64,000 nt of DNA from positions 30,401,715 to 30,465,714 of the forward strand of contig NC_092379.1 of the NCBI RefSeq assembly GCF_030028105.1, in the 5' to 3' direction. The stretch's first letter is position 1. The number at the start of each line of letters is the position of its first letter. Of this stretch, positions 26,131 through 36,990 are shown piece by piece. The translations under genes were made by a program, and so were the position numbers. The notes beneath the pieces were generated by a model. That model did no database searches. It worked only from the letters and a program-made list of their open reading frames with translations, and was not told where the DNA came from. This DNA comes from Mobula birostris (lineage: Eukaryota).

Positions 26131-26146
26131 ATTGTTCCAATATGTA
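26131..26146 (-). CDS. NAR-TCR D segment (16 nt)
   Basis: TACATATTGGAACAAT between two 12-spacer RSSs; open in all three frames (YILEQ, TYWNN, HIGT). Confidence 0.85.
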
Positions 26147-26174
26147 CACAGTACCTTACATGAATATCAAATCT
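26147..26174 (+). other. 12-bp-spacer RSS on the V-facing side of D (weak nonamer)
   Basis: Plus strand CACAGTA (26147-26153), 12 nt, ATCAAATCT (26166-26174); the nonamer matches consensus at 5 of 9 positions. Confidence 0.65.
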
Positions 26175-26499
26175 GCTGGCGAACCGATGAAAGAGTCGAG
26201 CAGGAATTATATTCGCAGCGCTGGCGTTTTTCGTTTCCAAGTGTTCAGGAACAATTCCGTCTGTAGTTGGCGACAAGAATGTGTATTTCTGAATTCCCTG
26301 TGGACATTTATTGACTCATACCTCAGATTAGGCAACAACATCTGCGCAGACGCGAGGTGGGAACATAAAGACTGTACATGATAATAAAAAAAAATGGCTC
26401 CTAGCTGGGCTGCAGGACAGATCCACAGCGAGACAGGAACATGAACTAAACCTGCAGATCCATTCTGCTCCGCCTGAATCAGGAATAAGCTACAGCGAA

Positions 26500-26537
26500 A
26501 GTTTTTGTACAACGCGAAGCCGAAGCCCATCATTGTG
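26500..26537 (-). other. 22-bp-spacer RSS of the NAR-type V
   Basis: Minus strand CACAATG (26537-26531), 22 nt, ACAAAAACT (26508-26500). Confidence 0.93.
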
Positions 26538-26831
26538 CTGCATTCCATTTGTACACAGCTTGACAGTAATAGGTGCCGCTGTCTTCCACTCGCAGGTCCC
26601 GAATTGCCAAAGAAAACTGCATATCAGTTTTCTTAATCGAAGTAACAAATCTTCCCCCGCGGGTGACCTCTTTCCGTTCGGCCGCTGAGTTGGTCTGCCT
26701 GAAGAATTTTCCAGTGTGAAAGCGATATCTACCCGTAGAACCAGGCTGGAAATTGCAGGTGATGGTGGCAGTCTGACACTCATTCAAGTTTACAATGGAC
26801 GGGCTCTGAGTCACCGACTGACTCATTGAAC
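26538..26831 (-). CDS. NAR-TCR V exon (IgNAR-like single V domain, CDR2-deleted)
   Basis: Acceptor TTTTTTTTCAATCCTAG, then an open 294-nt exon: (R)SMSQSVTQSPSIVNLNECQTATITCNFQPGSTGRYRFHTGKFFRQTNSAAERKEVTRGGRFVTSIKKTDMQFSLAIRDLRVEDSGTYYCQAVYKWNA. The RGGRFV..S..K....FSL.I.DL.VEDSGTY pattern and short C-to-D span match VNAR domains. Confidence 0.93.
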
Positions 26832-26968
26832 CTAGGATTGAAAAAAAACACGGAGAAAATTGAGATGTAGTCATAGACGAATCACATGAATAATCTAAGC
26901 CGGTTGCATCTCAGAGGGCTGAAACAGATTTAAAGTAAATGTAACGTGGATGTGTGAAAGGTACTCAC

Positions 26969-27011
26969 GCCGTAAACAGAGCCAGAGTGTGAAAACAAAG
27001 AAGACTCCCAT
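26969..27011 (-). CDS. Leader (signal peptide) exon of the NAR-TCR V
   Basis: ATG at 27011; MGVFFVFTLWLCLR plus 1 nt, then the donor GTGAGT. Phase-1 intron of 137 nt (26832-26968) joins in frame to the V exon (C+GT = Arg). Confidence 0.92.
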
Positions 27012-27094
27012 CGTCAGGAAGGAATATTGCTGAAGTGACGCGGAGATGGAGCTCACGGTCTGCAAAGTTATGGTAGAATGTACTTCAGAGTTGG

Positions 27095-27215
27095 ACAGTG
27101 AACTTTTATCAGCAGGTTTGCTGAGGGACAGTTGTTAGTTTTGATTCTGTGTCGTGTCTTTGAACCGAGTGAGGAAGCCCCACCCATGACTTCCTATCGT
27201 TCAACATGTGTGACG
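27095..27215 (-). promoter_or_regulatory. Putative V promoter
   Basis: TATA/GATA-like GATAAAAG about 95 bp 5' of the ATG, opposed ETS cores GAGGAAG (27171) and ACTTCCT (27189) around a CACCC box, and a TGACG half-CRE near 27210. Motif-level inference only. Confidence 0.35.
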
Positions 27216-27771
27216 GAGATGGCCTAACAATGCATGAGTCTGAATCATTCGCCTTGAACCGGACACTTTATTTTCCAAAAAAATATATAGTTGTTTGTTC
27301 TTTATTGATGTTGTGGCGTGTGCCCCGAGTTTTCAAGTCTGCGTCAGTTCTTATATTTTGTGACGGAAATCACTCTGTGCTCTGATCTTGACGGCAGGTA
27401 CGCGGGACGAGCAGACAAACTCTCCCTCAGCCTGGGAAGAGTGTGATGGTACATTCAGCCTTTGGATGCACCAGTCCCTCATGGCTATTTTTCTTCCACA
27501 GAAGGTACAGATGAGAGGAAATCTGTCGCCAAGCAGTTTCAATTTGAGTGTGCTTGACCAGAGGCGTAAAACAGGCAACCCTACTTTCCCTTCCATTCAC
27601 ATTCGATGTCAATCTTTTCGTTTGTGTCCAGTGGTTTGGAAAATCTGGAAGTCTGTTTCAGATAAAATGAAGTTGAAATCCACTGCGGCAAAAGACAGTG
27701 CAAGAGACAGCGGCTTTGCAGTAAGTTGAGTGGAAGACGGTTTTAGTGAGATGTCAGTAGTTATATCGTAA

Positions 27772-27826
27772 TATTATTATTGTTATGCTGTTGTTATTGT
27801 TATTATTATTATTATTATTATTATTA
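27772..27826. repeat. (TTA)n/(TTG) simple repeat
   Basis: Seen directly. Confidence 0.85.
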
Positions 27827-27989
27827 GTGGAGAATTCCAATGCATACCTCCTGTAAAATTCTAGACTCTGCAGCAACTGCTGAGAGTAGAGGCTGATAAA
27901 CTGATATTAGTGAGAATTGCTGCCATTTCGATATAGGATAAATGGAGAACAAAGTTAGTGCAGGGTGTGGCGAAAGGTTAGAAGGATCA

Positions 27990-28420
27990 TGAAGTGATTT
28001 AATCGGTCTGCACCGCACCGTGCTCCGAAGGCTCAATGTTATGCCGTACTATACTAGATTCTCTGTTCTCCCTGAAGGAACCTGGCAAGGTAAAACGAAA
28101 ACGTTGAGCTCTGATCAGCTCTCCGACACCGAGTACTGAGCGCAATCTCTGTCCGGACGATTCAACCTCCTTCTCGGTCGCCAAAAGCAGGCAAGGCTGG
28201 GAATTTTTAGGCCTACTCTCCGAAAAATTCCCGACCACATAATAACGACAGCAGCGGACGGGCCTTTCAGAAATTTCTCCAGATGTCCCTCTGTGCTGTC
28301 ACTTCCATTCTCGATCAAGTCTTAATTGTCCACGGCCCCTATTTAAAAGATACGATATCATTTTTCACCGGAGGGCTGCGCACACGCAGGCGCGCTGCCA
28401 TCTTCTCCTCCCCGGATTTC
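27990..28420 (-). mobile_element. Probable LINE 5' UTR fragment
   Basis: Minus strand GGAGAAGATGGCAGCGCGCC..GCAGCCCTCCGGTG.. GC-rich start resembling fish/ray LINE 5' ends; recognised by pattern only. Confidence 0.35.
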
Positions 28421-28795
28421 AAGCAGATCTTATCGGAGATGTAAAGCGTCAGAAGATATAGCTCTGGACGTTTCGCCGATTGAGATAATAAGGCATTTAC
28501 TCGCGGCTGTTTGGTATTTAAAACTGCTGCCCATCGGACATCGCAACGATGATAAGACGGAGCTCTCTCACGTTCGCCGATTCGAATGCATGATTCGTGT
28601 TTTGAAAAGTCATATGGATTGATAGACAAGAACAAATTGGAAAAAAGAGGTAGGGGAAAGCGGTGGGCCGTCGGTGGAGTCGACAGTACTACAAAATGAA
28701 CTTGGGGAATTGCTTCTTCGATGTTTTAGCGAGATTAGGCGTGAGTGAGAGAATGCGAAATGTAGCAGGCAAATCTATTTTCCCATAGTTTATTT

Positions 28796-30750
28796 AGAAT
28801 TGACTTTATCACCTACATCCTTCATTTCTATGAAGAGTACATAACTTCACGTTACATTTCCGTTTAAATATGCAATGTGCAATTTATAATAATTTATAAT
28901 AAACACGATTTACAAAAGGACAGTCAAAATAACATAGAAATACAATTGTATCGGTATGATTTAATCCGTCTGATGTCTTGGTGGAGGAAGCTGTTCCGGA
29001 GCCTGTTGGTCCTGGATTTCATGCTGCAGTCCCGTATCCCGGATGGCAGCAACTGGAACATTTTGTGCTTGGGGTGTCTCGGGTCTTTAATGATCCTTCA
29101 GGTCCTTTATACACACCTCTCTTTGTAGGTGTCCTGAATAGTGGGCAGGTCGCATTTACAGATGCGTTGTCCGCACCACTCCCTGCAGAGTTCAGCGATT
29201 GAGGGAAGTACAGTTCCAACACCAGGCAGTAATGAAGCCAGTCGGGATGCTCTCAGTTGTGCTCCAGTCGAGCGTTCTTGGGATCTGGAGTTCAATACCA
29301 AACTTCTTCAACCGTCTGATGTGAAAGAGGCGCTGTTTTGCCTTATTCACTACACAACCGGTATGTACCAAACAGGTCAGATCCTCAGTGATGTGTATGC
29401 CGAAGAACTTGAGGTTTAAAGTTCCTTTGATGTCAATCGTGGTTAGCCTGTCTCCATTCTGCCTGTAGTCCACAACCAGCTCCTTTGTTGTTGTTGTTGT
29501 TGTTTTTTTTTTTGTTCTGCTACTTTGGGAGAGAAGTTGTTTTCTTGATGCCACCGTGTGAGGGTGGTGAATTCTTCTCTTTAGGGTCCCTCATTATTGT
29601 ATGAGATTAGGTCCATCATGTAGTGTCCTCAGCAAATTTAATTAGCAAATTGGAGATCTAGGTAGGGACACAGTAATTGGTAATCAAAGAGTAGAGGAGG
29701 AGGCTTCGCACACAGACCTGGGGAACCTGTGTTCAGGGTCAGAGGAGCAATGGTGAGAGAGCACTTTCTTACCACCTGCGGAGATCTGACAGAAAATCCA
29801 GGATCCAGATACACAAGGCAGGGTGAAGGGCAAGGTCTCTGAACTTCTTGTCGAGCCTAGAGAGAATTACAGTTTTGAATGCTGAACTGCAGTCCAAGAA
29901 GAGCATTGATACATAAGCACCCCGCTTCTCTAGATGTGTAAGGACGGTGTATGGAGCTGTGGCTATTGCGTCATCTATTGGACTGTTACGTCGATAGGTG
30001 AACTGTAGGGCGTCCAGTGTGGGTTGTAACATGCCGCAGATGTAGTCCCTGACCAACCACTCAAAGCATTCGCTTGTTGCTGAAGAGAGTCCAGTCGTTC
30101 GGACATGTTACGTTGGTCTTTTTAGGTATAGGAACAATGACCGAAGTTTTGAAGCAGGAAGACAGTCTACATTGGGAGACGGAGAGATTAGAAATGTCTG
30201 TAAACACATCTGCCAATTGTGCCGCACAGACCCCGAGTACCCGCCCTAGGATGCCGTCCGGTCACAGAGTCTGGCGAATGTCCACTCGTTGGAGACACCT
30301 GCGTATTTCAGCCTCAGAAACGACCAGGCTGCCGGTGACATCATCTGCAGGTCTCCTCAGGGGCTCAGTATTGGCAGTAGGGAATCGAGCAGATAAAGAT
30401 TTAGCTCGTCTGGGAGAGAGGCAGCGATGTTGCAAAATGCACGGCCTTTAGCTTTCAGTCTGCGATGGTGCACAGACCTTGTCGTAAGTTGAGTGCGTAG
30501 TTGGTAAAAGTTGTGTCTGGATGTTGCTCCTGTAGTGCTGTTTTGCCACCATATTGACGTTGCCCGGGTCATAGCTGCGTTTCTTGAACTGCTGCTGAAT
30601 ACCGGCAACACAAGCTTTGCGTCGCCCAGTAGGTGCTGCTCGCACGGAACTGTTGATCCACAGTGCCAGTGTCCAGGACGTCCCGAATCGAGTTTTCAGA
30701 ATTTCAGATGGGTGTTTGAACAGCCAGGTGTCGTGGCCCCACGTAAGTAA
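28796..30750 (-). mobile_element. Rex1/Babar LINE (copy B, longer)
   Basis: ORFs 29192-29554 and 29769-30056 (RDYICGMLQPTLDALQFTYRRN..LFLDCSSAFKTV). Confidence 0.85.
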
Positions 30751-31089
30751 CAATGACATTAATAGTAAGACTCACCAGGTTCTGCAGTCATCTGAAGGAG
30801 TTGGATACTACGCTAAAGGATAGGATCTCCAGAGCTGTGATCTCAGCATTGGTCCCTGTGCCACGACCTCGTGAGGCCAGAAGTTGGAAAATAGTACACT
30901 TAAATACGGAGTTGGTCTATGAGGGAGTACGTGAGATTTTTGGATTATTCGGTTCTCTTCCAGGGAAAGAGCGTCCTCTACAGAACAGACGGTTTGCAAT
31001 TAAGTTAGAAAGGGAGCAATATCCCATTCTGAAGATTTGCTAGTGTTGGGCGGTAGAGTGTAACAACAGATAGCAGAAGGACAGACGTT

Positions 31090-32950
31090 GTTAACATTTC
31101 AGACAATGTCAGCAATCAAAACTTTGTGATTGTTCCGCCGGATGTCCTTACTTGGAGACTTTACTGGATCCTGGAGACTTTTCAGAACCAGCGGGGAAGT
31201 AGGAAAGGTAGGCGGTAGATTCTTCCACAATTTGATGGGCCCTGTTTTTGTTCCGTCTTCCCTTTTAAGGCCGCGACTAATTTCATTCCCATGATAAGCA
31301 TTCTGCAGGAAAATCGTGCTCAATTGTCTTCTGTTCCGATATAGGTTTCCCATGGTTAATCAACATTAAAAACACTGCTCTACGTTGCGATGCGTGATGG
31401 CGACTATAATTTTGAAGTATAAGTCCGTGTTATTTGGCATCCAATAGACACCATGCCCAATGCTAGCATCCGGTGTCAGTCGTATTAGAATGTCGACCAT
31501 CGGGAGTCAACTATTCTTCTCTATCTCCATCTTCAATTGAATATTTGGATGTGTTATGTTCAGATTGGTGTGGGCGTTTACTGTACTGGTAAGTCGTATC
31601 CACTGCTTTGGTTTCTAGCTGAAGCCTGTTCTACATTTCTGACAGGATGTGTGAAGCAGTTATTGACCCAATGAAATTTGGTCTCCAAAAGAAAATCAAC
31701 TGTCGACAGGAGCGCACGATCCCAAAGTAGCAGTAACCATTGATCACATCCTCGGCAATTACAAACAACCTTTCATATCGCAACAGCAACACCAGGCCAT
31801 TCTACTTCCTAACTCTGAGTCCAACGTTGCAACACACGAACGCTTCAACAGATCTGCAATGCGATGTTGGAACTTCCTGTCCGGGTGCATCTTACACTTC
31901 GAGCTCCTGTCATCTCTGTATTCCATGTACAGAACCAAGACAGCCGTCGTAATCTCTCTGCAAACTTGGCGACTCCTTCGGGGCCACCTTTAATTGGGAA
32001 AATAAAACCGTTATTTGAAATAAGTATTCCTAACACACTGATGAGTTTCGTCCGCTATTTGACCATCAAGGAAGTAAAAAGTGATTACAATATCATATAC
32101 TTCGCCTGCTGTGTTTCATGCTCGGTTCTCGATGATATCCTCGATTTTAGGACTGGATTGCTGAAGTGCTATTCGCCTATTAGCATCAGAGTATATCAGG
32201 GCGACTATGCGATTTGTACAGCAGTGGGAAGCCCAACGAACACAAAGACTTCTAACCTCTAGCCATCATAATTTACAACTTGCTGATAGTACGACCCTCT
32301 AAAATATCACCCAGAAAGCTTGCTTCGTTCCCACAAATATTTCTGGCTGTAGGATTCTCATCATCAAGGCGTGCAGAACCAACGTTTGTAGCAGGAGATC
32401 ACTTAATGCCCAGACCAATACAGCTCCCACCCCCAAGAGTATGAGGGACTAGTGCAGTAACATATTTTGCCCTTACTGCGCAGCCTCCGATCACCCACAC
32501 ATCCTTTTTCCACTTCGTCCAGGAAGCGGCACAAGCAGGTGGAGTCGAGTTTCCTTCTTTGTCCTTCCAGTAACAAAACCTGATTCTCTCATTCTGTCTT
32601 CCTCCACACATCGACCGCTCGACGTGAATAGAAGTCCATAATGGACACCGTGCAGTAGGCAATGACTCTCTGTGTGCAAGTTCGACTCCCTACCCAGCTG
32701 ATCTCTACCCCCTCTGCATAAACGGAGCATAATGAACTTCCCGTTGGGTCTTGGATGGTCAAAACGCCCAAAAGACCTGTGGACTTGAGCATCGGAGAAT
32801 GGGTCATCTCCACAAATTCGTACTTATCGACTCTCCAAAAGTCATTTCATTTTGAGTTGCCACCCTCATTTCGCCTAGTCATCCGGCTCACTGAAGAGCT
32901 GGGGAAGCCATCTATCTGCAACTTCATGTGACTTCACCCGGCAAATCTCA
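31090..32950 (-). mobile_element. Penelope-like RT remnant (copy B)
   Basis: Paralog of 1570-3400. Confidence 0.7.
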
Positions 32951-35341
32951 CGACCTTATCAAATTCCCACAGGAATACACTTACTTAGCCATTGCCTTCA
33001 GCAAAATGGAAGTCTGTATTCTGCTGCCTCACCGATCACACCTCCTGGGAATAGCCCCTCCCCGATATCGTCTGTTATACCTCTCCCATCCTGAGACCCG
33101 AGCCTTGAAGATTATATCTCCTATGCAATACGGAATACCTGCATTAAAAAATCCCTGTCCTCAGCCCCGGTGAAGAGGCATTAAGTGTAAGAAAAGAAAA
33201 TAAATTGTGGTGTTCATCCATGCATTCACTACTTTATACTTCGCAAAATCAATATTAAGAATGCTAAACTTACCATTTGATGGATAGTGCATTAAAACAT
33301 TGCTAATGATCCGATCTTCACCAAACTGGTTCCATAGATCGCTAGGGAGATGAGTGGAAGACGGCGTTCATAATGCCAACTGGCTCCAAGGAACACTCGG
33401 TGACACATATCCGATTTCATTGTTATTGAGTCAAAAATAATCTAAGGAAACAAACGGGAGCAAAGAAAGCTTCCCTGCTTCGTGTTTTCTTTTCATGGGG
33501 CGGCGTAATGACTTTTGCCGCTCATACACTTAATTTTATGAAACATGTAATCAGTTATGTAACCACACAAAGAATGCTTGTTCAAGCAATATATTTGAAC
33601 TATTAACAGCCATAGCACAGTAAAGTCTGAATTGCCCCATTTAATCCTGCAGGTTTAATCTCTCTCAATAATTTTCTATACCTGTGGGATATCTTCTTTC
33701 TTGTCAAGGGTAGTAGGAGTATAATTGTACCTGACAGGTAAAATTTGCTGCAATAAACCAATATCAGGCTCGGGGTCTCCTCTTTGGGGGTGATAGGCAT
33801 TGAGTCTGGGAATGAAGAAAGCTTTTCTGACTTCACTGGAGTCCTTTCTTCTCTATCTATTGTTTCTGATCTCCCGAATTGTTCAATGTGTCGTCTCCGG
33901 TGGATATAGAACATAATCTCTACGGTCCGGGAGAGTGATCCAGTTCTGCCCTTAATCTTTTCAAACACTCGCTTTTGATCACCAACATATTTCCTCGCCA
34001 GGACTATTTGCCTCGAACTGAAACATAATGCGCCTTGTTTGAGGAGTGTTTAGTTTGTCTCAGCTGTTTGTCTCTGTAGTCGTACTGCTACCCACAGTGA
34101 AACATGCTTATCTGGATCTAGAGTAGACATGAATGATTGATGATCATTAATGAGGGTAACCTGGTTCACGACCCAGTGTTGGTTAGAAGATTTTTCACTC
34201 CAAACTGGGGATGGTGCAAAGAACGGAAATGCTATGTATAACGAGTGTGTGAAATATTCAGTTGATACTACTTTACTCTTGATCTGCCAGAAATTTCCAA
34301 AATATACTGAAAACTGCTGTGGCATTATCCAGTACCTTTCTTACTTCAGTTTCAGTTGACATTGCAGGGATTTGGCAAACAAACGCTGGATCCATCTCTA
34401 ATCAAGTTGTAGGCCTCTCAGCCAAAAGCGACCCACATTGCTGGTCTTGTTGACTGTTGCAGTTTCCTTTACTGATGTCATTCATACAGTAGCTATTTGT
34501 TTTCCACAGTAGGTTGAATATCTGTAAGCTTCTTTTTCACGCTCATTTGAAAGACTGACTGTCGCAGCCGAGCGAGTGTGTCAATCAATTTTAATTGATT
34601 TACCGTTCTATTCTGTTTATCCCTGATCGATTGTCTCCTGTTAGTTTAAAGATTGCAAATCCCAAAGCTACACGTCCATTGACTCTTTTCTTTATTAGAC
34701 TTTTTCGTCTATGTCAGGTTGATTGGTGCTCTTTTGGAAACTGAAACTTGACTTTTTAATCTCTTGCTCTTCCTTGTGCAGTCTGTTTACTTTTGTTTGC
34801 CCGACATGCCTTACCTTGTTGCATACCTCTGCAACTTTCACCTTTAAAATTGCATTGCTCCAATGTATCTGAGCCCCTACAAAAACGGAAACACAATTTA
34901 TTCAGCAGGCACGAATCTGCTAAGACGTTGTAAATTGTTCACGCTCAATTTCATACCGGACCGCAACTGAATTGCGTCTCTGCTGCGGTTTACACTGATA
35001 CATTCATGTTAACTGTTCTTTAAAATATAAGCACTGTTTTAGTTACCAGCAAGTGTTTTTGAAAGTTCTCTCGTAAAATTCCACAAACTAAACTGAACGA
35101 TCAATAAGTATTCACAAAGAGCATCAACTAACTGCCAGTGCACTGTTAATTCCCTCCATTCAAGTACGTCAGATTTGATTCCGCTTATGAAAGCAAAACC
35201 AAATGCTCAATTCTTCTTTATATATTGTCCAGTTTATGATTACTTCGTATTATGATTACCCGTACTCTCTGTTTACGAGCACGGGAATTACATCTCTTCC
35301 TGATTATTTTAAACCTCACAGTCTCTCAATCCCCTTTCACT

Positions 35342-35915
35342 AGACACTAGACACTAGAATACTACAGCACAGTACAGGCCCTTCGACCCTTGATGTTGTG
35401 CCTAACATTCCTAAAAACAAGGTACTAAACCCACACTACCACGTTACCCTCTATTTTTCTTTCATCCATGTGCCTGTCCAAGAGGCAAATACCCCTAATG
35501 TTTTAGCCTCCACCAGCATCCCTGGCAATCATTCCAGGCACCTACAACCCTTCGTGGAGAAACCTACCCCTGATGTCTCCCCTGAACTTACCTCCCTTAA
35601 CTTTGTAAACTTGCTCTCTGGCGTTTGCTACTCGTGACCTGTGAAACAGGTACTATCTATCCACGCTGTCTAACCCTCTCATAATCTTGTAGAGCTTTAT
35701 CAAGTTCCCTCTCATCCTTTTACGCTATAAAGAGAAAAGTCCCAGCTCTGCTAACCTTGCCCCGTTAGACTTGTTTTCCAATCCAGGCAACATCCTAGTA
35801 AATCTCCTCTGCACCGTCTCCATAGCTTCCACATCCGTCCTATAATGAGGTGACCAGAACTGAACGCAGTACTCTCAGTGTGGTCTCACCAGAGATTTGT
35901 AGAGTTGCAACATGA
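35342..35915 (-). mobile_element. CR1 3' fragment (copy B)
   Basis: Paralog of 5815-6395. Confidence 0.88.
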
Positions 35916-36990
35916 CTTCTTTCTACTTCTCCATCACTCTACCTTCTCATCTCCCTCTTTCTCAACCGTCGCTCTCTCCTGTCACTGCCTCTTTCCCATC
36001 CCGTCTCTGTCTCTTTCCCTGCCTCGCCTCTCTCGCCTCCCTCCGTCTCTCTCTTCTCCTATATATCCTTCACTCCTCATCTGTCCCTCTACCTCCCAGA
36101 CGTCTCTTTCTTTCCCTTACTCTCCCTTTCACATCACCGTCTTTCCTCCCCATCCTCTCCCTCAGTCTTTCTACCTCTTCGTACCTTTCTCTCCCCCATC
36201 TAAATACGACCCCATGCCTTCTCCTCCTTCCTCTCTTTTCTTCAGACCAGGACCTGGACATCGATCAAGAGGACGGTAGGTCTCTGAAGTATGGACTTTT
36301 ATTTTGGATCTCTCGCTTACCCAGAAACAGTGTCGTCCTTCTCTCAGCACCACATCCTGCGTCTTACTGCATTGATCCCTGTGAGTCCCTACAAGAGACT
36401 GGGCAGGGACATGGAGCGCAGTAGAAACTTTGTGTTTCTCCACGTCCACTAGCTAGGTCTTGTGTGGTTTGCGTTGAAATCAAAATGTATGATCTGGTAC
36501 GGTGGAGGGATGGAGAAGAGGGGAAATGAGAGATGGCGGACAGAGAGGTATGTGGGCGGGGAAAGGAAAAAGATGAGCAGAAGGAGGGAGAGATGTGTGG
36601 TTGGAAGTGAAAGGGGAGTGAAAGTGTGAGAGTGAGGGACAGAGATGGGAGAAACAAGGAAGGGGGAAGGTGGACTGAGAAAAGGGAGATGGAGGGTTAA
36701 AGTGCGGGGAGATAGAGGGAGAGACATGTAAGGAAGGAAAGAGATGGAATAGAAAGGGGGATGGATAGACAGATGGAAGGAAGAAGAGATGGCGAGGGAG
36801 AGACATGGTGTGATGGAGAGCGATGAGGAAATGAAGGAAAATATTTTTTAAAAAGGTAAGGGAGAGTAATGGGGGTGAAAGAGAAAAAATGAAGGTGGTG
36901 CGAACGAGGCCGAGAGAGATACGGGAAGAAATAGAATAAAATATGAAGAGAATGTGAATTAGAAAGGAAAAAATAAATGCACAGGAAGAG
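35916..36990. repeat. CT-rich and GA-rich low-complexity tracts (copy B)
   Basis: Paralog of 6396-7520. Confidence 0.85.

Noticed and set aside
26530-26874. Non-rearranging V-type receptor (NKp30/CD8-like), or the 114-aa ORF as called
   Set aside because: A consensus-like RSS abuts the exon. The ORF's N-terminus is intron sequence, its stop lies in the heptamer, and the true start is the leader exon at 27011.
25664-27011. IgNAR heavy-chain cluster (V-D-D-D-J-C)
   Set aside because: Only one D was found, and the exon after J is a second V with an RSS, not a C1-set constant exon; this fits NAR-TCR.
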